Below, piece by piece: positions 12,275 through 22,484 of a DNA stretch of 64,000 nt. Numbering within the stretch: the stretch's first letter is position 1; every line of letters starts with the position of its first letter. The translations under genes were made by a program, and so were the position numbers. Source of the stretch: Macrostomum lignano (taxonomy: Eukaryota); contig NIVC01000020.1 in assembly GCA_002269645.1 (NCBI GenBank), positions 310,001 to 374,000 on the forward strand, written 5' to 3'. Under the pieces are notes generated by a model that saw only the letters and a program-made list of their open reading frames with translations, was not told the DNA's origin and did no database searches.

Positions 12275-13345
12275 TTGTTGGGATTATTGAGACTTTTGGG
12301 ATCATTGGGACTGTTGGGATTATTGGGACTGTTGGGATTATTGAGACTGTTGGGATCATTGGGACTGTTGGGATCATTGGGACTGTTGGGATCATTGGGA
12401 CTGTTGGGATTATTGGGACTGTTGGGATTATTGAGACTGTTGGGATCATTGGGACTGTTGGGATCATTGGGACCGTTGGGATCATTGGGACTGTTTGGGT
12501 TATTGGGATTGTTGGGATTATTGGGACTGTTTGCGTTATTGGGACTGTTGGGATTATTGGGACTGTTGGGATCATTAGGACTGTTTGGGTTATTGGGACT
12601 GTTGGGATTATTGGGACTGTTGGGATTATTGGGACTGTTGGGATTATTGAGACTGTTGGGATCATTGGGACTGTTGGGATCATTGGGACTGTTGGGATCA
12701 TTGGGACTGTTGGGATTATTGGGACTGTTGGGATTATTGAGACTGTTGGGATCATTGGGACTGTTGGGATCATTGGGACTGTTGGGATCATTGGGACTGT
12801 TGGGATCATTGGGACTGTTTGGGTTATTGGGACTGTTGGGATTATTGGGATTGTTGGGATTATTGGGACTGTTTGGGTTATTGGGACTGTTGGGATTATT
12901 GGGACTGTTGGGATCATTGGGACTGTTTGGGTTATTGGGACTGTTGGGATTATTGGGACTGTTGGGATTATTGGGACTGTTGGGATTACTGGGACTGTTG
13001 GGATTATTGGGACTGTTGGGATTATTGGGACTGTTTGGGTTATTGGGACTGTTGGGATTATTGGGACTGTTGGGATTATTGGGACTGTTGGGATTATTGG
13101 GACTGTTGGGATTATTGGGACTGTTGGGATCATTGGGACTGTTTGGGTTATTGGGACTGTTGGGATTATTGGGACTGTTGGGATTATTGGGACTGTTTGG
13201 GTTATTGGGACTGTTGGGATTATTGGGACTGTTTGGGTTATTGGGACTGTTGGGATTATTGGGACTGTTGGGATTATTGGGACTGTTGGTATTATTGGGA
13301 TCATTGAGACTGTTGGGATCATTGGGACTATTGGGATCATTGGGA
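12275..13345. repeat. 9-bp-period G-tract satellite (GGGACTGTT / GGGATTATT / GGGATCATT variants)
   Basis: GGG recurs every 9 nt for about 1.05 kb. Confidence 0.95.
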
Positions 13346-13461
13346 ATATTGTTTTATCATATCACAGAGCGTCAGCCAATCATTTCGTGAATTTATCGAG
13401 CTGTTATTATAAATTTAACAGCTTCGTTCACGATTTGAAAGTTGAGAAGATTTTAACGTTT

Positions 13462-13865
13462 CTGAGAGACCCCATCGCCAATGGCGGCAAAGTTTCCGAG
13501 AGACCTCATCGCCAATGGCGGCAAAGTTTCTGAGAGACCCCATCGCCAATGGTGGCAAAGTTTCCGAGAGACCCCATCGCCAATGGCGGCAAAGTTTCCG
13601 AGAGACCCCAACGCCAATGGCGGCAAAGTTACCGAGAGACCCCATCGCCAATGGCGGCAAAGTTTCTGAGAGACCCCATCGCCAATGGTGGCAAAGTTTC
13701 CGAGAGACCCCATCGCCAATGGCGGCAAAGTTTCCGAGAGACCCCATCGCCAATGGCGGCAAAGTTTCCGAGAGACCCCATCGCCAATGGCGGCAAAGTT
13801 TCTGAGAGACCCCATCGCCAATGGCGGCAAAGTTTCTGAGAGACCCCATCGCCAATGGCGGCAAA
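13462..13865. repeat. 34-bp minisatellite, about 12 copies
   Basis: Unit GAGAGACCCCATCGCCAATGGCGGCAAAGTTTCC. Confidence 0.95.
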
Positions 13866-14318
13866 GCAAAGAGGCGGAAGAGGCGCAGAAATTTTGCGAA
13901 TGTCGAATAAACTCGTCTGCGGGTTGCGCGAAATTCGATTTTTTATTCCGCACTTTTGCGAGGCCAAAGGAGGGTGCATGTTGACCGGAGACAGGGAGAG
14001 GCTCGCGGATATTTGACTATTAGGGAGTTCTGGACAGCAAAGATCGCTATTAAATGCACATTCATGCAACCAGTTTGCATGAACATCACAAAGTAGACGA
14101 CATTAATATGCAAAATGAAATACAGTTAGCAGAAGAACGCGATCAATATTATTTGCAAAAAGTTGAACTGCAGAGAAAACAAGACTTTCTAAGACACAAG
14201 TCGGATCAAATTAAAGCAAGCAGTGGCTGGGCGATCACCAATGGACTGACAAGAAAACACAGTGCAGCAAAATGTGGGTTAGTTGAGGACAATGTGAACT
14301 CAAAACTCGGACACCAGC

Positions 14319-15089
14319 TCACACGTAGCCGTGAAGGAAGGGGCAGTCCGTGCCCTTCATGCAGAATCCCGAGTGCCAGAACTTGCAGGTGGTCAGCTGC
14401 TGCTGGTGGCTGAACGGGCAGTCGCGGCGCCACAGCCTGCAGATGCCGGCCACCTGGTAGCGGCAGTAGTGGTTGCGGACGCCCAGGCCCGGGCTCTGCA
14501 CCGGGTAGCTGCGCTCGGCCGCGCGGCTGCGCAGCCCCGCCTCCACCGCCGCCACGCTCGGCGCCTCCGTTGGCAGCCGCGGCGGCTGGCGCTGCAGGCC
14601 GCCGAATTCGTTCTTGAGCGCCTTGACGCGGCGCAGCCAGTCCGTCAGGCTGTAGGCCTCGCCGTCCGGAGCCACGAAGCAGCAGACGCTGCCGCTTGAC
14701 TTGGCCGCCTTCTGCTGCTGGAGGCTGCCGCGGCGACCTTGCGAGAGGCCAACAAAGGTGCGGCACTTGTCGGCGGCGTTGCACTCCTCGTGCGGCAGCT
14801 GCTTCGGTTTCTTCGTCAGCTGTGGAGACGATGGTGGAGGCGGCGGAGGCGGAGGAGGCGGCTTCTGGAGCTCCTGACAGCATGCGGGGTCGAAGTGGCC
14901 GCTGCTGTCGCCGCTGCTGTTGTTGTTGCGGTCGGCCAGGGGGCGGCGCTTCACGCTGACCAGGACGGAGACCTCCTCGCTCAGCTCGCTGTGCAGGCTG
15001 GCGTTCGGGCTGGCGGCGTCGTCCGATTGGCTGCCGGGCGGCGCTGCGGGGCGCACCCGCTGGATCAGGCTGGCTGGCGGCTGCTCCAT
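14319..15089 (-). CDS. Tandem C3H1 (CCCH) zinc-finger protein, about 256 aa, apparently single exon
   Basis: ORF from ATG at 15089 ends CRYQVAGICRLWRRDCPFSH...CKFWHSGFCMKGTDCPFLHGYV* (C-x7-C-x6-C-x3-H and C-x7-C-x5-C-x3-H). GC-rich codons. Candidate AATAAA on - strand at 13942-13947. A splice near the last codons cannot be excluded. Confidence 0.8.
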   Translation of the reverse strand: MEQPPASLIQRVRPAAPPGSQSDDAASPNASLHSELSEEVSVLVSVKRRPLADRNNNSSGDSSGHFDPACCQELQKPPPPPPPPPPSSPQLTKKPKQLPHEECNAADKCRTFVGLSQGRRGSLQQQKAAKSSGSVCCFVAPDGEAYSLTDWLRRVKALKNEFGGLQRQPPRLPTEAPSVAAVEAGLRSRAAERSYPVQSPGLGVRNHYCRYQVAGICRLWRRDCPFSHQQQLTTCKFWHSGFCMKGTDCPFLHGYV

Positions 15090-15130
15090 GGCTGGGCTGG
15101 GCTGCTCGCTGCCTGCCCCACCCGCTCGCA

Positions 15131-15171
15131 TTTATAGAGCTGGCCCGCCTCCCTGCGCCTAGCCCCGCCCC
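15131..15171 (-). promoter_or_regulatory. TATA box (TATAAA, 15131-15136) and GC box (GGGGCGGGGC, 15162-15171) upstream of the CCCH gene
   Basis: Canonical motifs 42 and about 75 nt upstream of the ATG on the - strand. Confidence 0.55.
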
Positions 15172-15781
15172 CAACTGTACATTGCCAGACTGTACATTCA
15201 GAGAGATGTACATTAGGCGTGCCGTATGGTCTAGCAAATTTCAACACAGTTTTTCTACCCCAGAGTCAAACAGGTGGGTGCTGAGTTCCAGATCTATTAG
15301 CAATATTGCAGCGCCAGAGTTGTGAATGGCATCCATGCCAAGCTGCCTATGCTAAACTATTGTGCAGGCCTCTGAAGTTAAGCAGCTAAGCTTCTACTTC
15401 AACTGTGCGAGTTGATGGCGGCGTGAGCGAGACTGTGGGGGTGCGCGCTATTTCTGATTAGAAAAAGAATAAGAATCGGCGCCCGTGACTCAGCGCAGTG
15501 TTGAAAAGCATTAGCAATGCTGCGGTAGCTAGCGAGCGCTATGAACACGTCAATATACAGGAAAAGCAACTTTTATTAGAGCCAACTAAAAATGGGTTAA
15601 GCCGAGGAATTCAAGCGGAGAGTCGGCGGCGGACCGCCAACTCAAATTACGGGGCTGTGCATTTTTCTTTCGATTTACTTTTGTAATACAGCGGCTGAGC
15701 GCCACAATTGAAAAATGGGGAGTGCAAGTGAAATAATATGCGCGAATCGATGGTCTGCCGCCCATCAAACAAAATCCTGCG

Positions 15782-18700
15782 TCAGCGCTGCTGGTCAAGG
15801 AAGCTGAGCATCTCGTCAATTCGCGCCTTCAGGCTGAAGACCAGCTTCTTGTCCGCGCTGCTGCTGGTCACGGAGAAATTGCCCGTGATGGCGTTGCTCT
15901 GCGAGTGCGGGATTGAATAGTCTGCATTATGCTACTAGCAGTAGCAGCATGCAATACCCACCAAATTTTCATTTATCTGCACTACTCAGCAACAGTCAGA
16001 AGTGGGGGGGACATCACAAACCCGAAATATCACAAACCCGAAATATCACAAACCCGAATTATCACAAACCCGAAATATCACAAACCCGAAATATCACAAA
16101 CCCGAAATATCACAAACCCAAATTATCACAAACCCGAAATATCACAAACTCGAAGTATCACAAACTCGAAGTATCACAAACCCGAAATATCACAAACCCG
16201 AAATATCACAAACCCGAAATATCACAAACCCGAAATATCACAAACCCAAATTATCACAAACCCGAAATATCACAAACTCGAAGTATCACAAACCCGAAAT
16301 ATCACAAGCGGTCACAGTCAGCATGCTGTTGCAGTTCAATTGGAACACAAGCGGCCGCAGTCAGCATGCTGTTGCAGTTCAATTGGAACACAAGCGGTCA
16401 CAGTCAGCATGCTGTTGCAGTTCAATTGGAACACAAGCGGCCGCAGTCAGCATGCTGTTGCAGTTCAATTGGAACACAAGCGGTCACAGTCAGCATGCTG
16501 TTGCAGTTCAATTGGAACACAAGCGGTCACAGTCAGCATGCTGTTGCAGTTCAATTGGAACACAAGCGGCCGCAGTCAGCATGCTGTTGCAGTTCAATTG
16601 GAACACAAGCGGCCGCAGTCAGCATGCTGTTGCAGTTCAATTGGAACACAAGCGGTCACAGTCAGCATGCTGTTGCAGTTCAATTTGAACACAAGCGGTC
16701 ACAGTCAGCATGCTGTTGCAGTTCAATTGGAACACAAGCGGCCGCAGTCAGCATGCTGTTGCAGTTCAATTGGAACACAAGCGGTCACAGTCAGCATGCT
16801 GTTGCAGTTCAATTGGAACACAAGCGGCCGCAGTCAGCATGCTGTTGCAGTTCAATTGGAACACAAGCGGTCACAGTCAGCATGCTGTTGCAGTTCAATT
16901 GGAACACAAGCGGTCACAGTCAGCATGCTGTTGCAGTTCAATTGGAACACAAGCGGCCGCAGTCAGCATGCTGTTGCAGTTCAATTGGAACACAAGCGGC
17001 CGCAGTCAGCATGCTGTTGCAGTTCAATTGGAACACAAGCGGCCGCAGTCAGCATGCTGTTGCAGTTCAATTGGAGCACAAGCGGCCGCAGTCAGCATGC
17101 TGTTGCAGTTCAATTGGAACACAAGCGGTCACAGTCAGCATGCTGTTGCAGTTCAATTGGAACACAAGCAGCCGCAGTCAGCATGCTGTTGCAGTTCAAT
17201 TGGAACACAAGCGGCCGCAGTCAGCATGCTGTTGCAGTTCAATTGGAACACAAGCGGCCGCAGTCAGCATGCTGTTGCAGTTCAATTGGAACACAAGCGG
17301 CCGCAGTCAGCATGCTGTTGCAGTTCAATTGGAACACAAGCAGCCGCAGTCAGCATGCTGTTGCAGTTCAATTGGAACACAAGCGGCCGCAGTCAGCATT
17401 GCAGTTCAATTCATCAAAGCACTGCTCCAATCTGATCGCGGCGCCCGGCCACTCACCGAGGTGTCTCCCAGCGGCACGATGTTAGCCGAGGCCGGCACTT
17501 CGCGCTCATGCCGACCACCGTCTGCGCCGCTGTCAGCAGTCCGCTGCTGCTCCGCCGGAGCTCTGGCTCCGAGATCCGGGTCGCCGTCAAAGTCTGCCAT
17601 CGAGCCTCTGTAGGAATCCGCCACTGAGTCTCTGCCCATCTCCACGCCGATGTTCTTGCCGCTAACCAGGGACTTGCTGGACAGTCTGTTCGGCTTCTCT
17701 CCGGATTCCTCGAGCTGGACATCCGCATCCGGGTTCTGTCCCAGGCCGGACTGGCGGGCCGACACTCGGCCAGGCTGGCTTAAGTCTATCAGCGTGCCGT
17801 CCGAGTTGAAATCTGAATATCGGCTTGAAATTTTCCCTTTTTCGCCGTCTGCCGGTTCTGTCCGCGGCCTGCCCGAGTCGTCACTCTCTGTCTGACGCGA
17901 CCTTTTCTCCAAGCCCCTTTGGGCCGCCTTGCCGCCTGATGCTGATGGCTCTGATGGCGCTTCTTCTGACCCCGACGGCGCTCCACCCCTACCACCGCGG
18001 CGGTCGGAGGCGGCCGCACCAGCGACCCGGCTCCCCGCATTGCCAGCATCGGCCTCACTTTCCGAGTCTGTCGTGGGCCTCGACTTTTTACCCCCCGGAG
18101 TTTCCGTCACGCTGCCCAGAGCGGTCGCCGCCCGCTGGCTGCTCTCCGCCCAGTCGGAGGTGCCGCGCCCACTGTCCTCCATGTCCGCCGTGGAAGTTGC
18201 GGCTATTGAGACGCCGGTTTTCTGCGGAGCGAGGGCGGCTGCCACTGGCTGCTGGGTTGGTGTCGTGCTGGCGTCATCAGAGAGTCCAGCCTTGTCGACT
18301 GAGTCCGCCTGCGGAAGGCCACGTCCTTTTGGCGCTGCGCTCTTTGCATTTTCATCTTCGTCTGATTTGTCAGCTCCGGCATTCGCCTTCGGACCGTCCG
18401 CTTCAGTTGGAGCTCCCTTCTTTCTGGCCGGAGCTCTGTCCCTCCCTGCCGGAGCCCGGCCTCTTGACTTTGCCGCATTTTTTTCTCTCATTCTAGCGGC
18501 CTCAGCCGCCGCTGCCTCTTTTCCGCCGGCTTCAAAGCCCAGCTGCATCGGGCTGAGCAGATGCCGGTCCATCACCAGCTGGCAGTCACTCAGGATGGGC
18601 GCCTGGTCGTTTAGGATGATCCTGCCGTCCGTCATGTCCAGCCGGACATCCTTCAGCACAAAGAAGTCCGCGATGGATTTGGCGCCCAAGTCTTTGGCTG

Positions 18701-20717
18701 TCTGAGCGTCGAGCAGCACCCGGCCGGTCAGGTAGGGGGGCGGACTGCCCAGGTTCATCTTCCTGGCCAGTTGCAGGAAGAGGTGAAGTAGTTTTGAGGA
18801 GTAAAAAAATGAAATTCACGTTCGGTTTGCGGTGATGCGCAACGCCATCGCATATTTTCGCCCAATTTGTCTCACCTGATCTCTTCAGCGGTTTCGGCGC
18901 TGAACAGCGGAACGCCACGGTCGATCAGCACCTTCTTGCCCTGCAGGATCATGCTGCCCTGGATGAAGTACAGCCCGTTCTGGTCAAGAATGCAAGTAGC
19001 TTCCGTCAGCATCTGCACGCGGTCTTTTAACTCCTCTTTCTTTGGGGCGGGCAGCTGCGGGCTGCGGGCTGCAGGATCCCCCGAAAGCCAGGCCAGCGGT
19101 TGCTTTTGGTCACCGAGGCAGACGGAGCCGCCCTTCAGCAGGGGTGTCAGGTCGTCGAGAAGCAGCGTGCCGTTCGTGTAGAGGATGTCGCGCGCCTCGC
19201 CCACCCTGTTCGCCTCCTGGCCCACGGTGGCCGGGCTGATGAAAACCAGCGAGTCGCTCACTCGAACCTCCTCGTTGGTGTCCTCCGGCAGCTGCATGCG
19301 CACATCCTGCAGCCAGACTGTGCCATCGCGGATGCTCAGGCCGGTGTTCTGCACCGAGAAGCGGCCGCCCTGAACAAACAGACGCGGAGGCTCCGGCCTC
19401 TCCGGTGCCGGGATGCCGCACAGGGAGCCCAGAGGCAGCTCCGAGATGTTTATCACTTGGCCGTCTGCATGCAGCACCGCGTCCTCCAGCAGAGGCGCGT
19501 TGCCGGTGTACACCGTGCTTCCCAGGCTGTACAGGGTGGCGCCGTTCATCAGCATGTGGCTGCAGTCAGAGGCGTCCTTGTACACCGGCTTGCCCGTGAT
19601 GGTCACGTGGTCGGCATTCGAGCCCACAATCTGGCCGTTGATAATTCGGTGCCACGTGCGGCCGACGTGCAGAAGACCTCTGAGTATGGCGATGCAGTTG
19701 TCCTTCAGCACACAGCGGCCGTTCACCAAAACCACCTGGGAGACAGGTTTGAGTTGCGGATGCAGTTCTGTGCCAAACTCAATATCATATTAGCTTCTCC
19801 GCGGGTGGTTGGTTCAGACCTACGAGCGTATTTTAAAATTGACTTGAGCAATCTTGATCCCGCTGAGCCACTGACGGCAATGCAAAGCGGCCTTAAGCGG
19901 ATGGGGTTTAGACAACAAGTTTTCTACGCTGCCTCACCTGATTGAGCTCTCCGCCTTCGCCCTTGACTTCCAGGCCGGTCTGATTGGCTGCGCGGCTCCG
20001 CTCAGCCTCAATGGCCGCGAGTTTGTCGTAGCTCGGCAGGAGCTGCTTCGCCTGGTCCAAATCGATGCTCTCGACCTGTGGTCGCCCTCGGGCGGCCGAC
20101 TTCATGGGGACAACATCGGCGGCAAAGCGGATCTGCGGATCCTGCATGATCGGCTTGTGGCCGTCGAGCAGCTCCGAGTTGCCATAGTACAGGTTGCGTT
20201 GGCTGTCCCTGGCCGCCAGGGACTCCAGGCCTTTCCGGTCCAATGATTTGCCTGTCAGAGTCGGCAGCCCAACGGAAGGCTGCGCCTCCAGCTGCGACTT
20301 GGCCTGGAAGTACGGCACCCCATCGCGCACGATCACGTCCTCGCCCTGCAGAACCAGCTCGCCATCCGTCAGCAGCAGCTCGTTGTTCTCGTGCTTCGCC
20401 GACTTAACTCGAGCTACTAGAGTCCTTTCATTCGGCTCCTTCGCCTCGCTGCCGCCTGTCGCTGCCTTGGCAGCACTTGGTGCCGCGTCAGAGGCGGGCG
20501 CTGCGTCCTTGACGACCCGCTTCTTCAGCAGGGTCGGGGCTGCTGGCCGGACGTCTCCCTGCCGGTCTGAGCAGACGATGTCCCACAGCAGGGAGTCAGG
20601 CTGGCAGTCACACTGGATGTGCACCTGGTTCTTCACCACACCGGGATGCCTCTGGTGCGTGACTGACACGCGGCCGCTCTGTGCGAGGCTCCAGGAGAAC
20701 CGCTTGTCCGGGTTCAT
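15782..20717 (-). CDS. Uncharacterised ~1020-aa protein, 4 exons (20717-19938, 19735-18876, 18762-17457, 15898-15782)
   Basis: Long GC-rich ORFs bounded by GT-AG sites join in frame (3063 nt). Beta-rich repeated N-terminal half, low-complexity Ser/Ala/Gly/Asp C-terminal half, ends LKARIDEMLSFLDQQR*. No family recognised. Further 5' exons are possible. Confidence 0.72.
16013..17400. repeat. 16-bp (16013-16308) then 43-bp (16305-17400, about 25 copies) minisatellites filling the last intron of the orphan gene
   Basis: Units TCACAAACCCGAAATA and CACAAGCGG(C/T)C(G/A)CAGTCAGCATGCTGTTGCAGTTCAATTGGAA. Confidence 0.95.
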
Positions 20718-20921
20718 GCTGTAAATTGAGTGGCTACCTGCCGCACGCAGCGCTGAACTGCTAGAGACAATTTCAGCTGTGTATGTTGCTATTAAATTCC
20801 ACTCTAACTCAGGGGTTCAAGACAGAGGATCTTGCTGGGCAGGCGGGAAGCTCCCTAGTCTATGGCCAATCCATCTACTGATTTGCATGCAACTATCATC
20901 TTATTACCAAAAGCTTTATAT

Positions 20922-21149
20922 TACACCTTTTCACGTTCAATTTTGAACAAAGTCCAGTTCTAAAAAAACTAGCGGAAATTCAATTCAGACAATTCAGACT
21001 GGGGCAACAAACCCCAGTTCAAAACATTCTGCTACGGAAGCGAGGTTTAGCCATAGACAAAATTGTCCCCAGTCTGAATTGTCTGAATTGAATTTCCGCT
21101 AGTTTTTTTAGAACTGGACTTTGTTCAAAATTGAACGTGAAAAGGTGTA
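20922..21149. mobile_element. MITE with ~83-bp terminal inverted repeats, TA-flanked (Tc1/mariner-type)
   Basis: 20922-21004 (TACACCTTTTCACGTTCAATTTTGAAC...GACTGGGG) is the reverse complement of 21067-21149, with a 62-bp spacer. Confidence 0.85.
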
Positions 21150-21638
21150 CCAAAAGCAACAAGAGTTGCTTGTTGACGGGAGGGTGCCCAATTGCGGTGG
21201 TAGGTTATGGAACTGTAACTAAAACCGAACTCAGAACTATAAGGCTCATAACTATAGCTATAGTACCTTGTAGAGTGTAAAAAGAGCGTTGTACTATGTC
21301 ACTCTCTTGTGTCCACTGCTCAGTGTACATTCAGCTGTACGCTACGTTTCACAGCTGAAGGCAGTTTCATGGATTTTCCATGGAATGTCTGGCGGGATTG
21401 CCGCAGGATTGCCACGGGATTTCAGCATTTTAATTTTTAGCATATAGGATGCATAATACGATTTCAACGTGCATAAACTACACTTGATGAAGCTTTTTGA
21501 AAAAGCACGGTAACTCCGATAATCGCCGTGGACTTATTGGCTGTTCTGTCTGATCCAACTGTTCAGAAGTCAAGCGAGGTAAGAGTTTCATTTAATATTA
21601 GTTTTTGTAACTAAAACAGGTTTTCGATTGAGTATTTC

Positions 21639-21838
21639 TTAATTGAGTGTGTTACACGCTCAAGTTTGCGGAGACACGGGACTGTCACATCCTTACAGCG
21701 AGTGTTGATTTGAAAGTAAAATTCAGATAAAGTTGCTCGCTTGGCAAGTAAGATGATTTACTTTCAAATCAACACTCGCTATAAGGATGTGACAGTCCCG
21801 TGTCTCCGCAAACTTGAGCGTGTAACACACTCAATTAA
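21639..21838. mobile_element. 200-bp foldback/MITE with ~82-bp arms and TTAA at both ends
   Basis: 21639-21720 and 21757-21838 are reverse complements with one mismatch seen; 36-bp loop. Confidence 0.8.
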
Positions 21839-22484
21839 TAAAACAGTTTTTTTTGCTTTTGAATTTGTGTTCATAAAAAATCAACTAATCAAGTCCAATT
21901 GTAAAGGCTTAGTTTCAACAGAATTAATGACTTGAAAACTATTTTTATTGAAACCGGTTCAAATAGGCAAATAGTGAATCTGTGTTCAGCTTACAATACC
22001 ATTCCAAAGCCTAAATTTCCCAATCTTGTGCTCCAAGCACTAGAATCCTCCAAGCTCCAAGCACTGTAGCGCCTGCGCCAGACTGTGAACATGCTATAAG
22101 GAACTATGAATATTTTCTAAAAATAGCTTTAGCTGCTGGCTCTCCCATGGAAAACCCGTCTGCAGTGTACAGCTTTTTAGGCTATTCCAAGGCAATGCCG
22201 TGGAATATACTGGGCACTGCCATGGGGTTTCCACACCGTCCAACTTCTAAATTTGTTTCAAAACCTATCTGCTCTTTCAGGCTGAACGAGAACTGAGCAG
22301 TCTACTGCTTCGTGCATTTGAGGAAGAGACTGGCATCTCTTTGCTCGTATCCTTTTGCAAGCGATTTGCCAGGAGCCATATTATCAGGTATGCAGGAAAA
22401 AAGGTGAAAAATACGTATCGAAAAAATACTTTTGCTTTTAGTAGATATGAACATTGATTCTCATATTATTTTATGCTTCATCAG

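Noticed and set aside
12174-13533. Long ORFs (388, 440, 382 aa) of IIGTVG / LLGLLG repeats
   Set aside because: They are translations of a 9-bp satellite open in several frames on both strands, with no unique coding flanks.
2872-17400. CRISPR-like appearance of the many 24-61 bp direct repeats
   Set aside because: Units are contiguous with no unique spacers, no cas genes are present, and the context is spliced eukaryotic genes.
15913-17613. 566- and 518-aa + strand ORFs with Cys triplets
   Set aside because: Translations of the 16- and 43-bp arrays inside an intron of the - strand gene.
17453-19945. + strand ORFs (223, 258, 281 aa) opposite the orphan gene
   Set aside because: Antisense shadows of GC-rich coding sequence.
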